Part shown: positions 16,391 through 25,070 of the stretch, one piece after another
Layout: each line of letters begins with the position of its first letter
Position numbering within the stretch: position 1 is the first letter of the stretch
DNA from: a virus
Lineage: Duplodnaviria; Caudoviricetes
IMG/VR virus record: IMGVR_UViG_3300021197_001797
Coordinates: 1-58,525 of that record
DNA length: 58,525 bases
Strand: one strand, 5' to 3'
Translations under genes and position numbers: made by a program
Notes under the pieces: model-generated
Told to the model about the DNA's origin: nothing
Database searches by the model: none
The model's input: the letters and a program-made list of their open reading frames with translations, nothing else

Positions 16391-19133
16391 CAATACGTTT
16401 CCATTTGGTGATGAAGGCAAATCGTATATCGTTGAAGAACTTTGCACGAACTAAAAGTTGAGCACCTTCAGGAACTCTTTCTAACAACTCACGCCCACAT
16501 CTTTCAAAATCAAATCTCCCGATCCTACCACCTATTTGTCCGCTGTCGTCTCTCAATCTTACGTCAACAAACTCTAATGGTCCGTAACCTATTTTACCAC
16601 CACGTTTCTTAACATTAACCTCTTCGTTGTAGTTTCGTGCATTCTTGTATATCATCTCACCTAAAAACACACGCTCTTCACGATGAGGGATGTTTTCTAA
16701 ATCTTTTATCTCAATAACAGGACTGGCAATGCCATTGTCTTGAGGATTTTCATACAAATGAGAATAATTATTGTGAAAAGGAAAAATATCGTAAAATGCA
16801 TTGCTGGCTTTTTCTATGTCCTCTTTCTGCTTGTCCGTCAAAGTGCCTTGATCTCTAGCTTCAATCAACTTGCTTGCTTTGCTGTCTCCTATGCCTTTCA
16901 AAGAAGTGAAACCGCCATACAACTTTCCTTCTTTCACGCACCAATTTTCTTCACTCTTCTCCAAATCAAAATGAACGTATTCAATACCTTCTCTGACCAT
17001 TTCACGCAACAACTCTACTGCGCTGTCCTCATCTTTTGCGTTGCGCAAATTTGCTGCAGCAAACTCTAATGGATGATGAGCTTTCAAATAAGCTGTCCAA
17101 TAACTTATAACTGCATAACTGTGTGTGTGTGCTTTGTTCATTTGCCAAGCACCCATGGCGTTAATAGTGTCCCATGTTTCTCTAGCTTCTATTTCACTTA
17201 TGCCTTGACTTTCTGCTCCTTGTTTGAATTTTTCCCAATAGGTGTCAAAGAATTCAACACCCATCCTTTTGCTCATGGCTTTTCTTATTGTGGAAGTTTC
17301 TGCCCAATCAAATTTTCCGATCTCACGGACAATGGCAAGTGTTTGCTCTTGATAAACAGGCAACCCATAAGTGTCTTTCATGTGCTCTTCAACCAACGGA
17401 TGGATAGATTTGTATTTTTCTCCATTTTTTCGATTCACATATTTTTCAGTAACACCTCCGCCAAATGGTCCAGGACGAGCAAGTGCTGTCACAGCATCGA
17501 CTTCGGTCAATGTTTTAAACTCTATGTCTCTGCTGATTGCTCTCAAAGCATTTCCTTCAAACTGGAAAATACCACAAAGTCTTCCTTGATTAAAAACGTC
17601 AAATGTAGATTTGTCGTCAAATTTCAATCCATACCAATCTATGTTTAAACCACTGTCTTCAAGCACGCCCAATGTGCGCAATCCTAAAACATCAATCTTC
17701 AAAAGACCCAGTTGTTCTGCAGCACCTTTTTCGATATGTGCTATCCCATCTGCATCGACAGTGGCGTAATTAGTTATTTCATCATTACAAACCAACAAAC
17801 CTGCGGCATGAACACCAGAGTGTGAAGCGTGACCTTCTAACAACATTGCGCTTTTTGCCTGTGGGTATTGTTTGATGAACTCTTTTCCAGGAGCTGTTTC
17901 ATTGAACGTGTCCTCAAGACAGTTGTTTGCTCTTGAGTCAGCTGATGACCTTTCTATCATGGCAACTTTCACTGCGCCAGTAGCTTGTGGCGGTATGTTC
18001 AAGCTCTTGCAAACTTGTATAAGTGCTGACCTCGGTCTGAACTGACCGATCGTACCTATGTGAGCAACATTTTCAGCTCCGTATTTTTCAGACATGTAAT
18101 CAAAAACCATTTGTCTTTTGTTGTCTGGGAAATCTAAATCTATGTCGGGCAAGTCTGTACGACTGACATCTATGAATCTTTCAAAATATAATTTGGCAGG
18201 TATAGGGTCTATCTCTGTTATCCTAGACAAATAACAAACTAGTGAACCTGCCGCAGAGCCTCTTGATGGACCAACCAACATATGATCTTTGGCATAATGA
18301 ACCATGTCTGCTACAACTACAAAATAACTCTCGTAATCTTTCAACTTGATCAAGTCTAGTTCGTAGTTCAATCGTTCTTCATATTCATCATTCCATTTCA
18401 TTTTCCTGAATTTTATGCCGTCCCTGCACATTTTCTCTAAACTACCTTTAGAGCGAACCATAGGAGCCTGAGGCAAATTCAAATCTTTGCATTCATCTGC
18501 TATTGCTATTGCTGTCGATTGGTTTTCTAACTCTTCTAACAAATGCTGTTCGCTGGCTTTCAAACCAGCTCTTGAAGCTAATTCAAATGTCTCTTTGTCT
18601 TCTGGAAAAGAATATGCGTTGTCTGAAGTGCTAACAACTTTCAAATCATGACTCTTAGCTATTTGCTTTTTCTTCATGTTCAAAATTCTGCTAGAAGGAT
18701 TCAAATCAATGACGGCATTGACTTCTTCCAAAAACTCTCCATCAACTACTTCGCCAGCAAATTTAATAATGTTTTCCGTCATTCCTAAAACGTCATGAGA
18801 GTAAAGCCTAGGAAGTGCTCCCACCCTAGTTTTAATGGTCTGCTGATGACTCTTGCTTTTCATCCTGTACATTTCGCTCAGACCCTGTTCGTTCTTGGCT
18901 AAGAACCACATTCTAGGAGTTGTTTCATCGTCAGAAACTACACATTCAACGCCCAAAATCGGGTTGATGTCTGCTTTCTTGCAAGCATTGTACCAAGCTA
19001 CATGACCCCAAGTCGAATTATCAACGATTCCTGCTGTAGTGCAACCGATAGATTTTAGACGATCGATGACCTTATTCAAAGGCGCAAATGTCTGACCAAA
19101 AGAATATTCTGTTTTGACCTTAAGCTGAATCAT
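16374..19133 (-). CDS. dnaE: DNA polymerase III alpha subunit (family C), phage-encoded
   Basis: GPSRGSAAGSLVCY, FERF, PDIDLD, HAAG, KIDVLGL, GIFQF, RPGP, VYQEQ, NKAH; N-terminal PHP domain lacks the usual His ligands. Confidence 0.97.
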   Translation of the reverse strand: MIQLKVKTEYSFGQTFAPLNKVIDRLKSIGCTTAGIVDNSTWGHVAWYNACKKADINPILGVECVVSDDETTPRMWFLAKNEQGLSEMYRMKSKSHQQTIKTRVGALPRLYSHDVLGMTENIIKFAGEVVDGEFLEEVNAVIDLNPSSRILNMKKKQIAKSHDLKVVSTSDNAYSFPEDKETFELASRAGLKASEQHLLEELENQSTAIAIADECKDLNLPQAPMVRSKGSLEKMCRDGIKFRKMKWNDEYEERLNYELDLIKLKDYESYFVVVADMVHYAKDHMLVGPSRGSAAGSLVCYLSRITEIDPIPAKLYFERFIDVSRTDLPDIDLDFPDNKRQMVFDYMSEKYGAENVAHIGTIGQFRPRSALIQVCKSLNIPPQATGAVKVAMIERSSADSRANNCLEDTFNETAPGKEFIKQYPQAKSAMLLEGHASHSGVHAAGLLVCNDEITNYATVDADGIAHIEKGAAEQLGLLKIDVLGLRTLGVLEDSGLNIDWYGLKFDDKSTFDVFNQGRLCGIFQFEGNALRAISRDIEFKTLTEVDAVTALARPGPFGGGVTEKYVNRKNGEKYKSIHPLVEEHMKDTYGLPVYQEQTLAIVREIGKFDWAETSTIRKAMSKRMGVEFFDTYWEKFKQGAESQGISEIEARETWDTINAMGAWQMNKAHTHSYAVISYWTAYLKAHHPLEFAAANLRNAKDEDSAVELLREMVREGIEYVHFDLEKSEENWCVKEGKLYGGFTSLKGIGDSKASKLIEARDQGTLTDKQKEDIEKASNAFYDIFPFHNNYSHLYENPQDNGIASPVIEIKDLENIPHREERVFLGEMIYKNARNYNEEVNVKKRGGKIGYGPLEFVDVRLRDDSGQIGGRIGRFDFERCGRELLERVPEGAQLLVRAKFFNDIRFAFITKWKRIDAREQ

Positions 19134-19674
19134 TTTCTATTCCAAACAACATGTTCAAGAAACCATCTTCTTTAGTGCACTCATATAGTGCGCGAACGTC
19201 GTCAAGTGCTCTGTGAGTTTGCAACAAAGGTTTGCCCATGACCTTTTCATAAAGTTCTGTCATTTTCGGTCTATGACCAAATTGTGGTGTGTATTCTTGC
19301 ACAGTGCAAATTATTTCTTCAGGCCAAGGAAAATCTGCCGAAAGTCTTTCAAGTTCACACCTCAAAACTCCACTGTCAAATGGAGCATTGTGCGCCATGA
19401 AAACATCTGTGCCATCGAAAAACTCTCTCAACTGGGGCAAAAACTCTTCAAATGTTGGTTTGTTTTGCAAATCTTCCTGTTTGATTCCAGTTATCTTTGT
19501 TATTACTTGTTCTAGTTCTACTTGAGGATCAAGGAGTTGACTCAACTCCCTGATTTCCCCTGTTTCATCAACGACAACTCCACCAAGTTCAATGATGTGT
19601 GGTTGCTTTTCAATTGGTGCCGCAGACGGCATCAAAAGACCTGTAGTTTCAACGTCGAAGACAGCTACTTTCAT
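19120..19674 (-). CDS. DEDDh 3'-5' exonuclease (DnaQ/epsilon-like)
   Basis: VFDVETTG, AHNAPFD, HRALDDV. Confidence 0.93.
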   Translation of the reverse strand: MKVAVFDVETTGLLMPSAAPIEKQPHIIELGGVVVDETGEIRELSQLLDPQVELEQVITKITGIKQEDLQNKPTFEEFLPQLREFFDGTDVFMAHNAPFDSGVLRCELERLSADFPWPEEIICTVQEYTPQFGHRPKMTELYEKVMGKPLLQTHRALDDVRALYECTKEDGFLNMLFGIENDSA

Positions 19675-20156
19675 TCTGGCTCCAGCCTAACTATGAACTT
19701 CAAATCAACACCTAAAATTTCTTTAGTGTCAAAAATAACATAATTGTACCACCTTTTACCTGCTATCACAGGGTTGGTGTGCGATTGAGTCTTTACTTCT
19801 TGCGCTACAGGTATATTCCTTTCAGCGAAAAAGTTACGCCAACCTATCAATTCTTTGCCTGAACAATGCATGCCTAAATGACTGACGGTGTTCCGGCCAC
19901 GACCGAGAGTGTCTACCCAGTTGTTGCCCTCTTTGTAATTCAATATTTCAAACTCTTTGCCTTCAATGAGATCATAATTGAAATTCAAATCAGCTTGGTT
20001 TTCACCTTTTTTGCCGAACACCTTGCCAGAAGCAACAACTGTGTCCTCGACCCAATCAATTGCTCCCATGTCTTCTAATAATTTTCTTGCTTTTTCGACG
20101 TTTGCAGGCGCGATAGCTATTTGTTCTATTTTGAAATTCAACATGTCAGGCTCCAT
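19671..20156 (-). CDS. VOC/glyoxalase-superfamily protein (methylmalonyl-CoA-epimerase-like)
   Basis: IEQIAIA..NVEKARKLL..MG, EFEIL.Y, HLGMH, YVIFDT...LG..LKFI follow the paired beta-alpha-beta-beta-beta pattern. Confidence 0.65.
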   Translation of the reverse strand: MEPDMLNFKIEQIAIAPANVEKARKLLEDMGAIDWVEDTVVASGKVFGKKGENQADLNFNYDLIEGKEFEILNYKEGNNWVDTLGRGRNTVSHLGMHCSGKELIGWRNFFAERNIPVAQEVKTQSHTNPVIAGKRWYNYVIFDTKEILGVDLKFIVRLEPE

Positions 20157-20814
20157 AAGGTAAGATGCACCCAGTGAGGTGCTTGTGATGATCTTTTGAC
20201 TGCAATAAGAAAGCTATGAACTCAGCTACTTTTTCGGGTGGTGTTTCTTCCCCACACAAAAGACCTTGGAGCTGATACTCCTGAGCGTATTCTTTAGTCC
20301 AACCACGAGTTGTTACAACTTGATCATCAATTGCAGCACTCATTCCTGTGCCTTTCAATTTGTTAGGAGCTATGCCGAAAACAGTTATGCCGTATTTCTT
20401 TGTTAGTTCACGAGCCAACTGCAACGTCATTATATGTGCCGCACCTTTGGAAGCATTGTAAGCTAAAGAGCAAGTCATTGGCATGTGAGATGCATTGCTC
20501 ACGATGTTCAAAACAGTGCCTTTGCTTTCTTTCAACATAGGCAAGTAAGCTTGAACCATTTTGAAAATGCCTTTAGCATTGACGTTTATTACTTGATCCC
20601 AAGCTTCATCAGTGAAATCTTCCAGCCAATCTATCAAGTTTATCCCTGCGCAATTTATCAAAACGTCCAGCTTTTCACAAGCTAACTTAGGTTCCAAAAC
20701 ATCTTGTCCATAGTTCCGGTCATAACCTATGACTTCATGATTTTCTTTTTCCAAAGCTTCATATATAGCCTTGCCCAGACCTTTTGCAGCTCCAGTTACT
20801 AATATCGTGCTCAT
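20146..20814 (-). CDS. Short-chain dehydrogenase/reductase (SDR)
   Basis: TGAAKGLG, NCAG, catalytic Ser, YNASK. Confidence 0.93.
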   Translation of the reverse strand: MSTILVTGAAKGLGKAIYEALEKENHEVIGYDRNYGQDVLEPKLACEKLDVLINCAGINLIDWLEDFTDEAWDQVINVNAKGIFKMVQAYLPMLKESKGTVLNIVSNASHMPMTCSLAYNASKGAAHIMTLQLARELTKKYGITVFGIAPNKLKGTGMSAAIDDQVVTTRGWTKEYAQEYQLQGLLCGEETPPEKVAEFIAFLLQSKDHHKHLTGCILPYGA

Positions 20815-21113
20815 TTGTCTTTTCCTTTTCCATTGATCAAAGACTCCACCATTGCGGCATAAACTGCGGCATCGTGTATGCTGTCTTCATGAGTTAAATT
20901 ACTATTTGTGAAACGAGTCAATTTTACTATCATCAATTCAAAAAGATGCCAGATGTTATAATCCTCGACAGTTTTTAATTCTACCCCATCAGGGAATAAA
21001 ACACTCATCACTTCACCAACTCTTTTGTAGTTGTCTCCGTAAACTTTATTTCTTTCACGAAATGTTTCCCCCATTTCGACGAGGATCGATCCGGCATCTT
21101 TGAATTCATTCAT
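20811..21113 (-). CDS. Nmad1/DUF1599/DUF6378-like all-alpha nucleotide pyrophosphatase-like protein
   Basis: ERNKVYG ... KLTR ... HEDSIHDAAVY pattern. Confidence 0.6.
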   Translation of the reverse strand: MNEFKDAGSILVEMGETFRERNKVYGDNYKRVGEVMSVLFPDGVELKTVEDYNIWHLFELMIVKLTRFTNSNLTHEDSIHDAAVYAAMVESLINGKGKDK

Positions 21114-21592
21114 TTAATCACCCTCAAGTTTGGTTTCTTAGTTGCGTCTACTTTGTGAATAGATATACAATGAGCATTGATTCCATTTGCAATATACATG
21201 TCACAGACATCTTGACGGTCATCGTAAGCAAAGGCAACATCTTCACTTGTTGCTTTCATCCTTTGATAAAATAATTGTAGTTGCATCCTCTTCAAATAAG
21301 GTGAGCTAGAATGATCGCCATTTGGTCTCATCAAAAGACAACAAACTTCAAGACCGATTTCTTTCAACCAATGTTCAGCGATTGGAGCATAGAACTCTGG
21401 CCGTGCCGTAAAAATTGCAACATCCTCATACCTTTCTCTCCAAATGTGTTCATTGGCACTCTTGTCAAAGCCAGCAAGCAAATGATAAGCATTGTATTTC
21501 CAAGTTGGATCAGACTCGTCCCAATTTATTTTAGGTATCCTCCAACGGTCATCAGAAATAGTATTGTCAAGATCGAGGATTATGTAACTCAT
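21110..21592 (-). CDS. HAD-superfamily phosphatase (T4 PNK phosphatase-domain-like)
   Basis: LDLDNTI, FTARP, LLMR, YDDR. Confidence 0.85.
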   Translation of the reverse strand: MSYIILDLDNTISDDRWRIPKINWDESDPTWKYNAYHLLAGFDKSANEHIWRERYEDVAIFTARPEFYAPIAEHWLKEIGLEVCCLLMRPNGDHSSSPYLKRMQLQLFYQRMKATSEDVAFAYDDRQDVCDMYIANGINAHCISIHKVDATKKPNLRVIK

Positions 21593-22317
21593 TTCTTTTT
21601 CTCCTCTTTGCGCATCTTGTCAACGATCTTCAACAGCTTGCCTTTGGCTAACAAATCTCCGCCATATTGTTCTTCAGCGAATGCTTCAATTTCAGCGAAA
21701 TAATCTCTGCCTTGTTGAAACAAAAACTTTTCAGCCCATGGGTGCACAGACAAAACTTCATCAACCATGCCGTTCAACACCTTTTGATATTCACCCTGAG
21801 TTCGACCGCCTGTCCTCGCCTTGGCAAGTTCGACGAACGTACGCAAATTGAATTTGCAAACTATGTTGGTTGATATGTTTGTAGGCAGAACACCCCTAGC
21901 ATCTTCAACTGCATGGCCCATGTTGATCAAACCTGTGTAAGCTAATTTTATAGCGTCAAGTGCTTCATCAACTATTTTCACCGCTACAGGGTCTGCAGCA
22001 ATTTTGTCGCTGTAGATATAATCAAACTCAAACATGTCTAAAACACGCATGGTTTGTTGTGCGTAACTAGCCTGTCTAGTCCTGACTTGTTGGTGGGTGT
22101 AAGCACGACTGACACCTTCTACTAAAAAGACATAGTCCACAAACTCCCAAGAGCTAGGTATAGTGTTGGCCATGTACTCCAACTCATCCATCTTTTCTTG
22201 ATGTGGTCTTTCTTTTATTTCTTCCATCAAAGAAGGTGACATTGTGAGCCTAGTGGCTTTGGTGAACATCAAAATGTCTTGGGCATCTTGAGTGTGGCTT
22301 ATCAAAGTTACCTTCAT
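21589..22317 (-). CDS. thyX: Divergent flavin-dependent thymidylate synthase (ThyX-like)
   Basis: GVSRAYTHQQVRTR.ASYAQQTMR, EDARGVLP, NLR, Q.E; canonical RHRx7S reads RTRx7T. Confidence 0.8.
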   Translation of the reverse strand: MKVTLISHTQDAQDILMFTKATRLTMSPSLMEEIKERPHQEKMDELEYMANTIPSSWEFVDYVFLVEGVSRAYTHQQVRTRQASYAQQTMRVLDMFEFDYIYSDKIAADPVAVKIVDEALDAIKLAYTGLINMGHAVEDARGVLPTNISTNIVCKFNLRTFVELAKARTGGRTQGEYQKVLNGMVDEVLSVHPWAEKFLFQQGRDYFAEIEAFAEEQYGGDLLAKGKLLKIVDKMRKEEKKK

Positions 22318-22874
22318 GATGTTGCTCCCTCTTGAGGATGGGAATAATTTTCACTTGGCAAACTCTTGAAAGCACTTTCAGTTATCAATTTGAAATTGAA
22401 AACTTTGTATCTATTTTCTCTGTCAATGCAATTTAACATGCCTGTGTGAAATTTGTACTCACCTTTGTCTTTCAACTTTTGTCGGAACCTTATGTGAGCA
22501 CCTAATGAAAAACCTAAATCTTCAAACGCAACTTTGACAGATTTGTAATACCTAACCACGCCATCAGGACACTCTACAACAACACCGTGTCGCTTGGCTC
22601 TCTTTGCGCGAACTTCAGGGTCTTGCCAACTGCGAATAGCCACGGAAACTCGGTGTCGTGCTTGAGTTGCTTCCTCTTCGTTGCGTCTTCTTTTCAACTC
22701 CATGTCGCACCAATGCATGTCTCCCTGTTTGGAAGCTCTGGCTTTTTCAAGCTGTTTCTCGCCATTGGCTCTTGAAGAAAACTTCTTGATTTGCTTCTTC
22801 ATAATGGCGTTATACTCTGCGACCATTTCAGCGGTTGACATTTTGCTGACTTCTTTATATTCAAATCTAGACAT
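22314..22874 (-). CDS. Hypothetical basic protein, possibly DNA-binding
   Basis: AGGAG SD; YKSVKVAFEDLG..HIRFR C-terminal motif; coupled to the thyX-like gene. Confidence 0.6.
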   Translation of the reverse strand: MSRFEYKEVSKMSTAEMVAEYNAIMKKQIKKFSSRANGEKQLEKARASKQGDMHWCDMELKRRRNEEEATQARHRVSVAIRSWQDPEVRAKRAKRHGVVVECPDGVVRYYKSVKVAFEDLGFSLGAHIRFRQKLKDKGEYKFHTGMLNCIDRENRYKVFNFKLITESAFKSLPSENYSHPQEGATS

Positions 22875-22886
22875 AATAAATCTCCT

Positions 22887-22918
22887 AAAAAAAGAAAACC
22901 CCGCTCAAAGAGCAGGGC
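22887..22918 (-). terminator. Intrinsic terminator
   Basis: Minus strand GCCCTGCTC-TTT-GAGCGGGGT followed by TTTCTTTTTTT. Confidence 0.8.
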
Positions 22919-23264
22919 TAACACGTTTCGCATATTTTAATTTGAAGTCTTTGTAACCAGAATCATACTCTGGACCTTCATCAATTTCGTCCAACCAATG
23001 TTCTTCAGTGACGACATCAGCAGGGAACTCTTTCAATTCAAGGCAGTTGATCGCGAACTTGGCCATCACAAACGCCATGGCGTCTGCGGCACTATGTACA
23101 CCCGAAACGATGTAGTCAGTACCACTCTTGAATTTCCAGTAAGCTTGTCCGTCAGAAAATTTTCCGGTTGACTCGTCGTCATGCGCACCATAATTTTCGA
23201 GGAGTTGAGTTGAAACCACCCAGTTGTGGCCCATTCCAGCGGTGTTGTTTAAATCTTGTCCCAT
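22905..23264 (-). CDS. Conserved-looking hypothetical phage protein
   Basis: TQ..ENYGAHD ... YWKFK.G..YIV motif; has its own promoter and terminator. Confidence 0.7.
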   Translation of the reverse strand: MGQDLNNTAGMGHNWVVSTQLLENYGAHDDESTGKFSDGQAYWKFKSGTDYIVSGVHSAADAMAFVMAKFAINCLELKEFPADVVTEEHWLDEIDEGPEYDSGYKDFKLKYAKRVSPAL

Positions 23265-23330
23265 TTTATTTCTCCAGTTCTAAGTTTATCAATTCCTTAC
23301 TATCGCTCTTTGAGGACTATAAGGCAACAC
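23265..23330 (-). promoter_or_regulatory. Sigma70-type promoter with conserved AACTTAGAA leader (copy 2)
   Basis: TTGCCT (23327-23322), 17 bp, GATAGT (23304-23299); AACTTAGAA at 23286-23278, then GGAG SD. Confidence 0.78.
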
Positions 23331-24222
23331 TTATTTTTGCTCTTTCGTATTTTATATTGTTTTTCATCAATTTCTTCAAAACATTGATGTCTTTTAATAC
23401 GTCATCCAACAACAAATTTCTCCAAGTGCCAAACCTGCCTAAAGAATAAATGTTGTGGTTTATGGACAGATCATAAATAAAACTTTTTCTCCAATCGTCA
23501 TTGATGGGGGCAATCTTGCCGTGTCGTTGATTTGACTTTTCTATTTTGACGCAATCATTTCGACTTATGCCGAACGATTGAAAGAAATTGTATTCATCTG
23601 GCTCATCAATGTATTCTGCTATCAAAAGATCTTTAGTTATGCTTGCCCTATATAAAGATGTCGCTGGACTGGGATAATAGATCGTTTGGTAAACATTTGC
23701 ATCTTTGATCCTGAACCGTTCGACGACGATAGGCGCAGAGTTAAACTCTGGCCAATGCAACGCTACTTGTTTTATACCCAACATCTCGCCTGTAACCATC
23801 ATAGGAATGGTGCTAATGGCAGGTACAGAAGAGTCTTTCATTTCTTCAGGAGTAACTTTGTGATTCCACTTAACTCTTCCCTCACACTTTTCTGCTAGCT
23901 CTAACAAAAAGTCTTCAGGTGCAATGAACCGTTCTACTGTTTCTAAGTTCCAAATGCTACGGTCAGCTAACCTGCCTATGACTTTCTCTGAATACCAATT
24001 TGCGTAACGTATGTTTGGCTCAACAAAATCACCGTCCCATATGCCTTTGTGGACTTTTACTTTGTCGAAATCTATGCCGACACTTTCGCCTACTTCATTA
24101 GACCGAAAACGCAAAACAGCTTTGTGTGACTGATTTAACTTGTCTCCAGCTTCGTATATCGTAGCTCGCTGAAAGTGACAACCAGCCAACAGACCAGCAA
24201 GACCTGCTCCATAAATTTTCAT
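23317..24222 (-). CDS. FAD-dependent oxidoreductase-fold protein (UDP-galactopyranose-mutase-like termini)
   Basis: N-terminal KIYGAGLAG..IYE dinucleotide fold; C-terminal IYSLGRFGTW. Confidence 0.75.
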   Translation of the reverse strand: MKIYGAGLAGLLAGCHFQRATIYEAGDKLNQSHKAVLRFRSNEVGESVGIDFDKVKVHKGIWDGDFVEPNIRYANWYSEKVIGRLADRSIWNLETVERFIAPEDFLLELAEKCEGRVKWNHKVTPEEMKDSSVPAISTIPMMVTGEMLGIKQVALHWPEFNSAPIVVERFRIKDANVYQTIYYPSPATSLYRASITKDLLIAEYIDEPDEYNFFQSFGISRNDCVKIEKSNQRHGKIAPINDDWRKSFIYDLSINHNIYSLGRFGTWRNLLLDDVLKDINVLKKLMKNNIKYERAKISVAL

Positions 24223-24249
24223 AAAGACATCCTTATTAATTTCTTTTTT

Positions 24250-24278
24250 AGTATTGATCAGTCTTCAAAAGAAAGCAA
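24250..24278 (-). promoter_or_regulatory. Leftward sigma70-type promoter
   Basis: TTGCTT (24278-24273), 17 bp, AATACT (24255-24250). Confidence 0.6.
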
Positions 24279-24303
24279 GTAATTTTTTGTTGGCAAAAAT
24301 AGT

Positions 24304-24332
24304 TTGCCTTTTTTATAAAATTCGAGAATAAT
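24304..24332 (+). promoter_or_regulatory. Rightward sigma70-type promoter (divergent pair)
   Basis: TTGCCT (24304-24309), 17 bp, AATAAT (24327-24332). Confidence 0.65.
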
Positions 24333-24396
24333 AAAAGAGCTGGAAATGATGAAGGCATTTTGCAAGACTGTTCCAGCACAGAAAGGAAAACTAAGA

Positions 24397-24807
24397 ATGG
24401 CAAAAGTGTACATTACTCAGGTTCCGCACAAACATGACAGGGAAACCGATACATTTGTCCCTGCCGTAAACATCTCTCCGGCAACTGAACATGGAGAGTT
24501 GGTAATAATGATGCCACCTCGTACGTCTTTTTATGCTACCGTTGATTTAGTTAAAATGCTCAGCGAAAAGTTGAAAGACTATAGTTACGAAAATGGTGAC
24601 AGCATTGTTTCCATGGGTGACCCATCGGTGATTGCCGTTGCGTTTGCCTTGTTGGGCAGGATCCATGGTCGTTTTGTTGTGTTGAAATGGGACAAGAATG
24701 TTGGTAGATATCTGCCAGCTCATGTTTCGGTTCTGGAGTTCCAAACAGCAAGCGAAAAGTTAACAAATAAAATGATTGCTGAAGGTCAGAAAAGGAAAAA
24801 GAAATGA
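24397..24807 (+). CDS. Conserved hypothetical alpha/beta protein
   Basis: AAGGA SD; G.L..MMP, GDP..I, LKWD...RY motifs; start reassigned to ATG 24397. Confidence 0.7.
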   Translation: MAKVYITQVPHKHDRETDTFVPAVNISPATEHGELVIMMPPRTSFYATVDLVKMLSEKLKDYSYENGDSIVSMGDPSVIAVAFALLGRIHGRFVVLKWDKNVGRYLPAHVSVLEFQTASEKLTNKMIAEGQKRKKK

Positions 24808-25070
24808 AAGTTTATTACGTAGATGGTCCAGGCGTCAGGACCAAAAACTATTGGACGGTGAAAGAGGCAAGAGCTGAGGCGAAGCAAATGAATTACCCTC
24901 CACTCTCGTCGGTCATAGAGATGAAAGTTGTCGGACAAAGCAACATCGCTGAAAGTCTTTTCAATTTTCTGAACAATGACAGGACAATCAAAAACGGATC
25001 GGAAAGAACCGTACGTTATCTCGGCAGCCCAAAGCAACTTGAGAAATGGGAAAGCGAGGACGTTGCATGA
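24804..25070 (+). CDS. Hypothetical protein
   Basis: ATGA overlaps at both ends. Confidence 0.65.
   Translation: MKVYYVDGPGVRTKNYWTVKEARAEAKQMNYPPLSSVIEMKVVGQSNIAESLFNFLNNDRTIKNGSERTVRYLGSPKQLEKWESEDVA

Noticed and set aside
17120-17131. TG dinucleotide run as a phase-variation tract
   Set aside because: Short and encodes AHTHS in a conserved DnaE motif
16374-19133. Intein or intron in dnaE or terL
   Set aside because: Core motifs are contiguous, lengths are compact, no splice-junction or LAGLIDADG motifs seen
19671-22317. Simple dU-for-T or hmU substitution system
   Set aside because: No dCMP/dCTP deaminase, ThyA-type hydroxymethylase or UDG inhibitor recognised, and SDR and VOC would be unexplained
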